DNA of 64,000 bases from an uncultured archaeon (GTDB lineage Archaea > Thermoplasmatota > Penumbrarchaeia > JASLWR01): NCBI GenBank assembly GCA_964430885.1, contig CAYSHM010000014.1, forward strand, positions 12,307 to 76,306, in the 5' to 3' direction. A program made the translations under genes and the position numbers. The notes under the pieces were generated by a model. It was not told the origin of the DNA. It saw only the letters and a list, made by a program, of their open reading frames with translations, and searched no databases. Below, in pieces: positions 1-10,027 of this stretch. Position 1 is the first letter of the stretch. Each line of letters starts with the position of its first letter.

Positions 1-205
1 CTTCCGGTGAGGAACAGCTCAGTTACTGAGCGAACTGGAATTTCTCTTTCGGAACCTCCGGCTCTGGATTATCAGGGAATATTCTACTCCCGAAAAATAA
101 ATCATTTTTTCAATGAATATTTCAATTTTGGTATTCTTTGAGGCATTATCTCCAAAACAATTTTATCACTATGCTCCGTTTACTACCCCCAAGGAGGAAT
201 GACCT

Positions 206-1567
206 TTGAATTTCATACCAAATTATCACAAATCAGATGAAATGCTCAAGGAAATGGATCTGGAATCCATCGATGAACTGTTTTCGGAAATTCCTGAAGA
301 GATCAGGATAAATGGTTTGGAACTTGATCAAGGCAAGAACGAGATCGAGATCAACAGGATCATGAAAGAGATCGGAGCAAAGAACATATCACTTGATGAA
401 ATAGTATCACTGCTTGGAGCGGGAGTTTATCACCACTATACCCCGGTCATTGTGGACTATCTATCTTCCCGAAGTGAATTTTTAACAAGCTATACTCCCT
501 ATCAGGGGGAGATCAGCCAGGGTATGCTTCAAGGTCTTTTCGAATATCAGTCCTACATCGCGGAATTGACTGGAATGGACGTATCCAATTCATCACAGTA
601 CGATTGGGCTACAGCAATAGGCGAAGCTGCGCTCATGTGCAAAAGGACCAATAGAAGAAACAAATTCCTTGTGGCATCGCCCCTGCCTAAAAAGAAAATC
701 TCAGTAATTGAGAACTATACCAAGTATCAAGGTATGAATCTAGAATTGATCCCCCCCGAGGAAAAAAGCGGAAAAATGGATCTGGAGAAGGTAAAAGAAC
801 ACATTGATGATGATACTGCTGGTGTTTATGTTGAACTCCCCAATTTCTTCGGGATCCTTGAAGATGATATCAAAGAACTGAGAGATTTTCTGGGTAGCAG
901 GAGACGAAGACCGCTGTTGGTAATTGGCTATAACTTGATAATCTCACCCCTTATGAAAACTCCAGGCCAGCTTGGTGGAGATATTGCAGTAGGAGATGTG
1001 AACCTTGGAAATCCTCCTTCATTCGGAGGGCCTTCCGCAGGTTATCTTTCCTGCAAAAAGGAGTTTGTAAGAAAACTGCCTGGACGTCTTATCGGATATA
1101 CCAAGGATTCCAAGGGGGAGGATGCCTTTGTAATGACCCTCCAGACAAGAGAGCAGCATATCAAAAGAAACAGGGCGACCTCAAACATCTGTTCCAATCA
1201 GGCTCTATGTGCTTTGAGATTCGCCATGACCTTGGCAAGCCTGGGCCCCAAGGGGCTTAGAAGATTGGCCGAGGTAAATATTGATAGGAGCCACAAGCTG
1301 AAAGAGGTATTGGAGAAATTCAGTTCTGTGAGCATCCGTTTCAGCGGTGGATTCTTCAATGAGTTCGTAGTCAGTCTAGACTTGAAAGATGGACAGAATA
1401 GAGATATTTACGAAGAGCTAAAGAAAGAAGGTATACTTTTCGGTTATCCCCTTGAGAAGGATTTCCCGAAAATGAAGAGATCATATCTTCTTTGCGCCAC
1501 TGAGATGACCGATGATGGTGCTATTGAAAAAATTGTTACCGCATTCAGTGAACTGGGGGTGAAGTAA
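206..1567 (+). CDS. gcvPA: Glycine cleavage system P protein subunit 1
   Basis: Motifs LGAGVYHHY, EFLTSYTPYQGEISQGMLQGLFEYQ, TLQTREQHIKRNRATSNICSNQAL; AGGAGG RBS upstream; TTG start. Confidence 0.96.
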   Translation: MNFIPNYHKSDEMLKEMDLESIDELFSEIPEEIRINGLELDQGKNEIEINRIMKEIGAKNISLDEIVSLLGAGVYHHYTPVIVDYLSSRSEFLTSYTPYQGEISQGMLQGLFEYQSYIAELTGMDVSNSSQYDWATAIGEAALMCKRTNRRNKFLVASPLPKKKISVIENYTKYQGMNLELIPPEEKSGKMDLEKVKEHIDDDTAGVYVELPNFFGILEDDIKELRDFLGSRRRRPLLVIGYNLIISPLMKTPGQLGGDIAVGDVNLGNPPSFGGPSAGYLSCKKEFVRKLPGRLIGYTKDSKGEDAFVMTLQTREQHIKRNRATSNICSNQALCALRFAMTLASLGPKGLRRLAEVNIDRSHKLKEVLEKFSSVSIRFSGGFFNEFVVSLDLKDGQNRDIYEELKKEGILFGYPLEKDFPKMKRSYLLCATEMTDDGAIEKIVTAFSELGVK

Positions 1568-3070
1568 ATGAAGTTCAGGCAAGCCAAATATCAGGAGCCG
1601 GTAATATTTGAGCTGGGGAGCAGAGAAAGGACTGCCCTAGACGTTTCAGCTGCTTGCGATCTTTTGGGAGATGTCTGCGACCACATACCTGAAAAACTGA
1701 TCAGCTCTAGGGAGCCTGAAATCCCGGGTCTTACCGAGGTTGAGGTTGCCAGGCATTACACCAGACTATCCCAGATGAACTGGGGGGTTGACAGCGGAAT
1801 ATATCCATTGGGTTCATGTACCATGAAGTACAATCCGAAGATCAACGAGAAATGGGCCGGATATGACAAGTTCACACTTACTCACCCGGAGCAGCCAGAT
1901 GATATGGTTCAGGGAAATCTTGCTATCATCTATGAATTGGAAAAAATGCTCCAGGTAATAGGTGGCGTGGATGCTATCACACTTCAGCCCGAGGCGGGAG
2001 CTCATGGGGAGTTCACAGGACTTTTGATAGCAAGAGCCTATCATGAGGAAAAAGGTGAGATAAGGGACGAGATAATACTTCCTGACACTGCCCACGGTAC
2101 AAATCCCGCAAGCGCGGCAATGGCCGGTTTCAAGGTCATAGAGATACCCTCCAGGGATGACGGATGCGTGGACATTGATGCGCTCAAAAGCGCATTGTCC
2201 AAAAAGACCTGCGCCTTCATGCTGACCAATCCTAACACATTGGGGATTTTTGAGAAAGATGCGGTTGAGATCGCAAAAACAGTTCATAAGAGCGGCGCGC
2301 TTCTCTATTATGACGGTGCAAATCTGAACGCCATCATGGGAAAGACCACCCCTGGTTTTATGGGATTCGATATCGTCCACTTCAACTTGCACAAGACCTT
2401 TGCCACACCTCACGGCGGCGGCGGTCCCGGAGCCGGACCCATAGGTGTCAAGAAACATCTTGAGAAATTCCTTCCGGTACCGAGGGTAAAAGCTGTCAAG
2501 GAGAATGGAAAGATAGTGAGATATTACTTGGATAAGGAGAATGAGATATCCATCGGAAAGGTCGCCGGGGAGTTGGGAAATTTCGGGGTGCTGATTAAGG
2601 CATATATGTACATCAGGATGATGGGGGCTGAGGGACTTGAAACAGTATCTGAATACGCGGTCCTTAACTCCAATTATCTTCGGTGCAAGCTTGAGAAATT
2701 ATATCCCTTACCCTTCCCGGGACTTAGGAAACACGAGTTCGTTTTGAAGGGGGACAACATGAAAGAGAAGGGAGTCAAGACGACTGATATTGCCAAAGCG
2801 CTTCTTGATCAAGGACTTCATGCTCCCACCATTTACTTCCCGCAGATATTCCATGAAGCAATAATGGTGGAACCGACTGAGACCGAGAGCTTGGAGGAAC
2901 TTCAGAGGTTCTATGGTGTAATGAAAGACATAATTGATATGCCCGGTGAGGAATTAAGGGCCGCTCCAGTAAACACAACCGTGGGAAGACTTGACGAGAC
3001 ATTTGCTGTTAAGAACATGATCTTTACCTACAAGGACTTGAAGCAATATCGAATGAAACAATCAGAGTAA
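1568..3070 (+). CDS. gcvPB: Glycine cleavage system P protein subunit 2 (PLP-binding)
   Basis: YPLGSCTMKYNPK, AHGTNPASA, PLP-Lys motif HFNLHKTFATPHGGGGPG; abuts gcvPA. Confidence 0.97.
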   Translation: MKFRQAKYQEPVIFELGSRERTALDVSAACDLLGDVCDHIPEKLISSREPEIPGLTEVEVARHYTRLSQMNWGVDSGIYPLGSCTMKYNPKINEKWAGYDKFTLTHPEQPDDMVQGNLAIIYELEKMLQVIGGVDAITLQPEAGAHGEFTGLLIARAYHEEKGEIRDEIILPDTAHGTNPASAAMAGFKVIEIPSRDDGCVDIDALKSALSKKTCAFMLTNPNTLGIFEKDAVEIAKTVHKSGALLYYDGANLNAIMGKTTPGFMGFDIVHFNLHKTFATPHGGGGPGAGPIGVKKHLEKFLPVPRVKAVKENGKIVRYYLDKENEISIGKVAGELGNFGVLIKAYMYIRMMGAEGLETVSEYAVLNSNYLRCKLEKLYPLPFPGLRKHEFVLKGDNMKEKGVKTTDIAKALLDQGLHAPTIYFPQIFHEAIMVEPTETESLEELQRFYGVMKDIIDMPGEELRAAPVNTTVGRLDETFAVKNMIFTYKDLKQYRMKQSE

Positions 3071-3106
3071 TATTCCCTCATATTTTTTAGTATCAGAAGG
3101 AGGTAA

Positions 3107-4084
3107 ATGCACTTGTATGTAATGGGGATAGAAGGAACCGCCCATACATTGGGTATAGGCGTTGTTGATGCGGAAGGTTCGGTCCTTTCCAACATCAGGG
3201 AGATGTTCACTCCTGAATCCGGCGGGATCCACCCCAGAGAGGCGGCCAACCATCACCTGAATATTCTTCCATCAGCAATTAATCGGTCACTTGATGAAGC
3301 TGGGATAACTCAGAATGAGCTGGGTCTCATTGCTTTTTCCCAAGGACCAGGTTTGGGACCTTGTCTTCGGACCGCCGCTACAGCTGCCAGAACTCTATCC
3401 CTATTCCTGGACATTCCAATGGTTGGGGTAAACCATTGCGTTGCCCATCTGGAAGTGGGACGGACAGTGGGCACATCGGATCCTATACTTCTCTATACCT
3501 CAGGAGCAAATACACAGGTAATAGCAAAGGTTAACGGCAGATACAGGGTTTTCGGTGAGACCCAGGATATCGGTGTGGGCAATATGCTTGACAAGTTCGG
3601 GAGAGAACTAGGTATGCCTTTCCCAGCAGGTCCGAGAATTGAGGTCATAGCAAGAAAAAGCAACAGTTATGAAGACCTACCCTATTCAGTGAAAGGTATG
3701 GATATTGCATTTTCAGGTGTGCTCACTGCAGCATTGGCCAAACGTGATAAAGTACCCATTGAAACACTGTGCAATTCACTTCAGGAAACGGTTTTTGCTA
3801 TGCTTACCGAGGTCACAGAAAGGGCAATAGCTCATACGGAAAAGAATGAAGTGATGCTGGGCGGAGGCGTGGCCATGAATAGAAGACTTCAGGAAATGGT
3901 AAGGACAATGGCTAGGGAAAGAGGTGCTGAATTTTTCCTGCCGGCCCCGGGCCTGCTTGTTGACAACGGAGCCATGATCGCTTATACTGGATTGAAAATG
4001 TACAGGGGCGGAGTCACCACGGCCATAGAAGAATCTGGAGTGAACCAGAATTTCAGAACCGATGATGTTGAAGTGATCTGGTGA
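3107..4084 (+). CDS. kae1: tRNA N6-threonylcarbamoyltransferase Kae1 (stand-alone, no Bud32 fusion)
   Basis: GIEGTAHT, GGIHPREAANHH, GPGLGPCL, VNHCVAHLE, GETQDIGVGNMLDKF, DNGAMIA; GGAGGT RBS. Confidence 0.96.
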   Translation: MHLYVMGIEGTAHTLGIGVVDAEGSVLSNIREMFTPESGGIHPREAANHHLNILPSAINRSLDEAGITQNELGLIAFSQGPGLGPCLRTAATAARTLSLFLDIPMVGVNHCVAHLEVGRTVGTSDPILLYTSGANTQVIAKVNGRYRVFGETQDIGVGNMLDKFGRELGMPFPAGPRIEVIARKSNSYEDLPYSVKGMDIAFSGVLTAALAKRDKVPIETLCNSLQETVFAMLTEVTERAIAHTEKNEVMLGGGVAMNRRLQEMVRTMARERGAEFFLPAPGLLVDNGAMIAYTGLKMYRGGVTTAIEESGVNQNFRTDDVEVIW

Positions 4085-4256
4085 TCCACATTTCGATGTA
4101 AATATAATTGGGCATGGACCTAGGTCGGGATGTATTTTTTTTTTCATATCAATAAAAACATGAACACCTTTAAGGTGGGTCATTGATTTTGGGAATAATA
4201 ATTCATGATCTACTATAAAATCAACTAAAACCACGAATAAAAAACGAGGGAAAAAC

Positions 4257-4832
4257 ATGATAGAGATACGATTCCACGGAAGGGGTGGTCAGGGTGCAGT
4301 GGTTGCCTCTACCCTTTTGGCCGAAGCAGCTTTCAGGGAAGGAAACGACGTTCAGGCCTATCCATATTTCGGGGTTGAACGCCGGGGTGCTCCTGTGACC
4401 GCCTTCACAAAGATTGACTCCCGACCGATCAGGGTAAAATCCCAGATTTACGAACCTGATCATGTAATAGTTTTGGCAGCTTCTCTTATAGGACCGATTG
4501 AAGTTACATCGGGTCTGAAAGAGGGGGGAACTGTCCTTGTAAATACAGGTAAGAGCATAGCCTATATCAGGGATAAACTGCCGGATGACTGCCGCTGTGG
4601 CGTTGCAGTTGTTGACGCAACTGAAATATCTCTCAAATACGGTTTGGGATCAAAGGAATCGCCTATTGTAAATACTGCTATTCTTGGTGCATTTTCAAAG
4701 GCTACAGGCATAGTCAAGATCGAATCGGTTCTGAAAGCCATTGAGGAGAAGGTCCCGGCTAAGGTCGAGGCTAACAAGAAAGCAGCCTTTGAGGCTTATG
4801 AATCCACGAAAACAGATGGAGAGGTGAATTAG
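4257..4832 (+). CDS. porC: Pyruvate/2-oxoacid:ferredoxin oxidoreductase gamma subunit
   Basis: [23 protein letters not shown]. Confidence 0.93.
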
Positions 4833-4833
4833 A

Positions 4834-5109
4834 ATGGGCGAGAATATGGATAAGCTTTACAAGGTTCCCATGACATGGGAATCCTCAAGGAACGCAAAGA
4901 CCGGCAGCTGGAGAAGTTCTCGACCGATTATAGATATCGATAACTGTATCAAATGCTACATCTGCTGGAAGTTCTGTCCTGACATGGCAATAATCCTGGT
5001 AGAAGGGGAATATCCTAGAATAAACTATGATTACTGCAAAGGATGCGGAATTTGCGCCAATCAATGCCCCAAGAAGTGTATCGAAATGGAAAGGGAGGCG
5101 AAAAAATGA
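4834..5109 (+). CDS. porD: 2-oxoacid:ferredoxin oxidoreductase delta subunit (2x4Fe-4S)
   Basis: KTGSWR..RP, CIKCYICWKFCPD, YCKGCGICANQCP. Confidence 0.93.
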   Translation: MGENMDKLYKVPMTWESSRNAKTGSWRSSRPIIDIDNCIKCYICWKFCPDMAIILVEGEYPRINYDYCKGCGICANQCPKKCIEMEREAKK

Positions 5110-6317
5110 AGACCATGATAACTGGTAACTATGCATCAAGCTACGGTGCTAAACTTGCACGGGCGGAGGTTATTGCGGCCTATCCTATTACTCCTCAGAC
5201 CAGCGTCGTGGAGAAACTAGCTGAATTTGTTTCAAACGGCGAACTGGATTGTAAATTTATCAAGGTTGAGAGCGAACATAGTGCCATGTCCGCCTGCATT
5301 TCTGCAGCAAACACAGGCGCTAGGACCTTCACGGCTACATCCGCTCATGGATTGGCCCTCATGCATGAGATGCTTATGTGGGCCGCCGGCGCTAGGCTGC
5401 CGGTAGTCATGACGAACGTCAACAGAGCCATGGCGCCACCTTGGAGCGTATGGGCGGACCATCAGGACAGTATAGCCCAGAGAGATACGGGATGGATGCA
5501 GTTCTACTGTGAAAACAATCAGGAAGTATTAGATACCGTTATACAGGCTTACAAGATCTGTGAAGACCCAAAGGTTATGCTTCCTGCTATGATGTGCCTT
5601 GACGCTTTTTTCCTATCCCATACCTATGAGACTGTGGACATCCCTACACAAGAGAAGGTAGATGAATTCCTGCCCCCATTCGAACTAGAATACAAGCTGG
5701 ACGTGGACGATCCGCATATGTTTGGGACCATTTGCTTCCCCCATCAGTGGTTTATGGAATGGCGCTATAAGATGGCGGAGGATCTGGAGTATGCAAAGAA
5801 AAAGATCAAGGAAGTGGACCAAGAGTTTCAAGAGAAATTCGGACGATCCTACGGCGGACTTATCGAAGAATACCGCACTGAAAACGCAGATGTTGTAATG
5901 GTTGCAGCCGGAACGAACGTCTCAACAGCCAGGGAAGTCGTGGATCAGATGAGAGATGAGGGCTACAATGTCGGACTTGTGAAAATGAGGGTGTTCAGAC
6001 CCTTCCCTCATGAAGAGATACAGGATATTGCCAAAAGGATTAAAATGATAGCCGTTACAGATAGGACATACACCTATGGATATGGAGGGCCTTTCTTCGC
6101 AGAGGTAAAGGGTTCCGCCTATGGCATTGACAAACCGCCGATTATAAAGAACTATTTATTGGGTGTCGGCGGAAGAGATGTCAGACCGGTTACTGTGCGG
6201 GCAGTTTTCATGGATGCGCTTAGAGTTCTTGAGGAAGGAAAGGTCGACAAGGATGTGGAATGGGTGGAACTCAAGGATGGACGGGACACCATCATCTCTA
6301 CTGGAGGTGATGAATAA
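5106..6317 (+). CDS. porA: 2-oxoacid:ferredoxin oxidoreductase alpha subunit
   Basis: AAYPITPQT, VESEHSAMSA, TATSAHGL; start moved to the ATG at 5106, overlapping the porD stop (ATGA). Confidence 0.93.
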   Translation: MKTMITGNYASSYGAKLARAEVIAAYPITPQTSVVEKLAEFVSNGELDCKFIKVESEHSAMSACISAANTGARTFTATSAHGLALMHEMLMWAAGARLPVVMTNVNRAMAPPWSVWADHQDSIAQRDTGWMQFYCENNQEVLDTVIQAYKICEDPKVMLPAMMCLDAFFLSHTYETVDIPTQEKVDEFLPPFELEYKLDVDDPHMFGTICFPHQWFMEWRYKMAEDLEYAKKKIKEVDQEFQEKFGRSYGGLIEEYRTENADVVMVAAGTNVSTAREVVDQMRDEGYNVGLVKMRVFRPFPHEEIQDIAKRIKMIAVTDRTYTYGYGGPFFAEVKGSAYGIDKPPIIKNYLLGVGGRDVRPVTVRAVFMDALRVLEEGKVDKDVEWVELKDGRDTIISTGGDE

Positions 6318-7228
6318 TGGCAAGACTTACAATACCAAAAGAAGAATTATTTGAATCCGGGCATATGGGATGTCAAGGATGCGGCGGTGCCTATGCCATG
6401 AGATTGTTATTGAAGGCACTCGGGCCAAGGACCATTGTCAGTATTCCGGCCTGCTGCTGGGCCATTATGAGCGGTGCATATCCCAATCAATGTCTAAAAG
6501 TTCCAAATCTCAATACTGCCTTTGAGGTAACCGGAGCGTCGATATCCGGAATCAGGGCTGCACTTGATATCAAAGGAAAAAAGGATATCAATGTTGTTGG
6601 TTTCGCCGGAGACGGCGGAACATTCGATATAGGTATCCAAGCCCTTTCCGGAGCTGTTGAGAGGAGAGAAAATGTGTTCTATGTTTGTTATGATAACGAG
6701 GCTTATATGAACACAGGTATACAGCGTTCTTCATCCACACCGGTTGGCGCATGGACAACCACTACTCCCGTGGGAAAGAACCATGAATGGAAACAGACCC
6801 CAAAGAAGAACATGATAGATATCATGGTAGCACATAAGATCCCTTATACCGCGGTCTGCAACGTTTCATATCCCGAAGACCTGATCAAAAAGGTCAAGAA
6901 AGGTTTGGATATAGAAGGTCCAAAATACTACCAGATCTATGCCCCCTGCCCAACAGGATGGAAATCCCAACCGAGCAAATCCATCGAACTAGGAAAACTG
7001 GCAGTTGACACCTGCATCTATCCCATATATGAGGTGGAGATGGGAAAATATAAGATAAGCCGAAAGCCTAAGAACAAGAAACCGGTGAAGGATTATCTGA
7101 AGCACCAGGGAAGGTTCAGGCATCTTACGGAGGATATGGTTGAAAGGATCCAGAAACAGGTGGACGGTGACTGGATGAGATTGCTTAATAAGGAAGAACA
7201 CTGTATAGGTTATGAGTACGACGAATGA
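6317..7228 (+). CDS. porB: 2-oxoacid:ferredoxin oxidoreductase beta subunit (TPP-binding)
   Basis: GHMGCQGCG, GDGGTFDIG, YDNEAYMNTGIQRS, PCPTGW. Confidence 0.93.
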   Translation: MARLTIPKEELFESGHMGCQGCGGAYAMRLLLKALGPRTIVSIPACCWAIMSGAYPNQCLKVPNLNTAFEVTGASISGIRAALDIKGKKDINVVGFAGDGGTFDIGIQALSGAVERRENVFYVCYDNEAYMNTGIQRSSSTPVGAWTTTTPVGKNHEWKQTPKKNMIDIMVAHKIPYTAVCNVSYPEDLIKKVKKGLDIEGPKYYQIYAPCPTGWKSQPSKSIELGKLAVDTCIYPIYEVEMGKYKISRKPKNKKPVKDYLKHQGRFRHLTEDMVERIQKQVDGDWMRLLNKEEHCIGYEYDE

Positions 7229-7288
7229 TATTAATTGCTACTAAGGGTGATTTGCCCTTCACTGATGATAGTATGCAAAGGATGAATA

Positions 7289-8491
7289 TCAAATATATTC
7301 CATTCTGATGCATCCCACCGGACAAACTGTCCTGCACAATCTGCAGCCTACACATTTTTCCTTGTCAACAGCAACACGTCTACTATCTAAATCGAATTCT
7401 ATCGCCTGATGACCTCCATCCCGGCAGGCAAGGTAGCACTGTCCGCACCCTACGCATTTCTCCTCATCGATCCTGGCTCTAATATCCGGACTTCTGGTAA
7501 GATCATCATGGCCCCCAATATACGGCAAGGACTTTCCAATAATGTCCATGGGTGAATCGAAACCATGGCTCTCCAAATAATTGGACAATCCAACCTTGAG
7601 ATCGTCAATGATCCTGAAACCGTGATGCATAACTGCTGTGCAAATCTGCACATTGGTAGCCCCGACGAGCATCAGTTCCACCGCATCATGCCAGTTAGTG
7701 ACGCCTCCGGTCCCCGTTATGGGAATATCCACGTTATTTTTGATCTCTGCAATTGTTCTAAGGGTGATGGGTTTTATTAAAGATCCAGACAGCCCGCTGT
7801 AAGTGGATTTCCCCCTTACATTGGGATATGGGACCAATGTTTCCAGGTCAATTCCCATCAAAGAAGGGATGGTGTTTGAAGCGCACACGGCATCAGCCCC
7901 TCCTCTTTTAATGTGCTCGGCTATCTCAGATATGAAAGCTACCTGGGGAGTGATCTTGATCACCACTGGTACATCACCAGCAGCTTCCTTAACCCATCCG
8001 GCTACCTTCTCAGAGGCCTCTCCGTCCTGACCCAACATCGCGCCGGGTCTCTGGCCCATGGATCCCTGCGGGCATGAGAATGAGCATTCTATCATATCAA
8101 CACCCGCAGCTGCAAGCCTGCTGGCCAACTCCTGCCAATCCTCCTTCTTTCCGCCCATCATTGAAGCCATTACAACCTTTTCAGGGAACTCCTCTTTTAG
8201 TATCTTGACCCTTCGTTCAATCTCATCTATACCATAATGGGATATCAGGTCAATATTACCCAATCCTGCGATCCTGCGTTCCCTCATGTCAATGGAAGAC
8301 ATCATAGGGTATACTAGATCTACGTCAACGCCCTCTACATGGGTTGTCTTCAGCACTGCTCCTGCCCATCCCATCTCAAAGGCCCTTCTGACCATATCCA
8401 ATTCATCGCTTGGAGGGGCTGCAGCAAGAACGAAAGGGTTTTCGAATCTCACACCGCATAATTCTACTGATAGGTCCTTGTATTCATACAT
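7289..8491 (-). CDS. preA: NAD-dependent dihydropyrimidine dehydrogenase subunit PreA
   Basis: NPFVLAAAPPSD, RRAFEMGWAGAVLKT, NIDLIS, SCPQ catalytic Cys, C-terminal CVGCGQCYLACRDGGHQAI ferredoxin domain. Confidence 0.9.
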   Translation of the reverse strand: MYEYKDLSVELCGVRFENPFVLAAAPPSDELDMVRRAFEMGWAGAVLKTTHVEGVDVDLVYPMMSSIDMRERRIAGLGNIDLISHYGIDEIERRVKILKEEFPEKVVMASMMGGKKEDWQELASRLAAAGVDMIECSFSCPQGSMGQRPGAMLGQDGEASEKVAGWVKEAAGDVPVVIKITPQVAFISEIAEHIKRGGADAVCASNTIPSLMGIDLETLVPYPNVRGKSTYSGLSGSLIKPITLRTIAEIKNNVDIPITGTGGVTNWHDAVELMLVGATNVQICTAVMHHGFRIIDDLKVGLSNYLESHGFDSPMDIIGKSLPYIGGHDDLTRSPDIRARIDEEKCVGCGQCYLACRDGGHQAIEFDLDSRRVAVDKEKCVGCRLCRTVCPVGCIRMEYI

Positions 8492-9816
8492 CAGACATCA
8501 CCTCCAAGGAAATTAATTATTCCAAAGGCGGCCCTTTTTCCCTGGGCAACTGCATCTACCACGGTATTACGGTCGTGCAGAATATCCCCACCTGCGAACA
8601 CACCTTTTCTGCTAGTCATCATAAACTCGTCCACAATTACACCCCCGCTCTCAGTAACCCGAATGCCGTTTTTCTCATACATTTCAGCATTAGATCGGCT
8701 GCCGATCGCTACTATTAATTGATTCACGTTCATCTTGTAAACTGCGCTTTCTATAGGGATCGGCCTTTTTCTGCCAGATATGTCCTTGTCAGATAATTTC
8801 ATCTGCTGGCAGGTTGCAATATAATGTCCTTCTGAGACCTTTTCAATCCTGCTGACGGTGGTGAGGAGCTTGAAATTCACCCCCTCATTTATTGCATGGT
8901 CTATCTCCTCCCGCTCTGCAGGCATTTCCTCGAAGGTCCTTCTGTACAATATGTGGGTGTCAGCGCCTTTCCCACATACAGTGCGTGCCACGTCCAATGC
9001 AACATCTCCACCACCTATGACCGCTATCACCTTCCCTTCCAGATCCGGGAGTTTCCCGTTTTTAGCATTCTCCAAGAATTTCATTGCATATATGATCCCT
9101 CCTCCATTCCCCTCTATTGGAAATCGAATGCTTTGGGTCAATCCTTGGGCTATGAATACACACTCGTAATCATCAAGCAGTTCACCAATATCTTCAATTT
9201 CCGTTCCTACACGAATAACGAAGCCCGCCGATCTCACAAAATCCATTTCCTTCTGGACTATGCTCGCCGGAATCCGGAAATCGGGTATTCCCCAAACGGG
9301 AACTCCACCTATCTTGTCCCGTTTCTCGAACATTGTGCAACCTAATCCTTCCTTCGCCAGTTCATAAGCACAGCCTATTCCAGCAGGACCCGAACCAATT
9401 ATCGCAATCTTTTGGGTGCCTTTTATCTGCAGATCAACATCCTTGACCCAGGTACCCTGCTCAGTCCAGACGGCAAAGCTCTGAAGAGCTGCAATGGATA
9501 CTGGTCGATCTATCTTCTTCCTCGTGCAATCCTTTTCGCACAATTTTTCAACCGGACAAACATTACCGCATATTCCTGCAAGAATATTTGACTCCTTTAT
9601 CTTTTGAGCTGCTCCAACAACATCCCCTTCCCGTATCCTGCGAATGAAAGCAGGTATGTCGACCCCTGCCGGGCAACCTTCAGAACAAGGTGGAAGATAA
9701 CACTGAAGGCAGCGTGAGGCTTCCTCGAAAGCGCATTCACTGGATAAAAGAGGACGGTCAACTTTATTCTCAACTTTTATTGAGGCTTTTTCAATATTCA
9801 ATCCCTCATCTGACAT
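8491..9816 (-). CDS. preT: Dihydropyrimidine dehydrogenase subunit PreT (GltD-like flavoprotein)
   Basis: EASRCLQC..PPCSEGCP, CGNVCPVEKLCE, IIGSGPAG, VIGGGDVALD, GVFAGGD; translationally coupled to preA. Confidence 0.85.
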   Translation of the reverse strand: MSDEGLNIEKASIKVENKVDRPLLSSECAFEEASRCLQCYLPPCSEGCPAGVDIPAFIRRIREGDVVGAAQKIKESNILAGICGNVCPVEKLCEKDCTRKKIDRPVSIAALQSFAVWTEQGTWVKDVDLQIKGTQKIAIIGSGPAGIGCAYELAKEGLGCTMFEKRDKIGGVPVWGIPDFRIPASIVQKEMDFVRSAGFVIRVGTEIEDIGELLDDYECVFIAQGLTQSIRFPIEGNGGGIIYAMKFLENAKNGKLPDLEGKVIAVIGGGDVALDVARTVCGKGADTHILYRRTFEEMPAEREEIDHAINEGVNFKLLTTVSRIEKVSEGHYIATCQQMKLSDKDISGRKRPIPIESAVYKMNVNQLIVAIGSRSNAEMYEKNGIRVTESGGVIVDEFMMTSRKGVFAGGDILHDRNTVVDAVAQGKRAAFGIINFLGGDV

Positions 9817-9864
9817 TCACATCCACTCCTCTCGATATTCATTGGTTGTATCTGGACCTTTCCA

Positions 9865-9879
9865 CTTATAACCTTTTTT
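9865..9879 (-). promoter_or_regulatory. Archaeal BRE-TATA promoter of preTA
   Basis: Minus strand reads AAAAAGGTTATAAG about 50 nt upstream of the preT start. Confidence 0.55.
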
Positions 9880-10027
9880 ATTCTTTTCTGTATCACGGAT
9901 TTTTATGAACTACTGGATTCATCGGTACAGGCCCTGTCATCATGCTCTCTTAAGCAGTATATTGAATGAAAGCGAATAAGATATATCCAATAATAAAATG
10001 TAAGATGAAAAAAATCCCATAGCGTGA

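Noticed and set aside
1-200. Glycine riboswitch or tRNA upstream of gcvPA
   Set aside because: Glycine-aptamer motifs are absent; the AGCTCAG D-arm-like stretch has no T-arm (GTTCRA) or cloverleaf.
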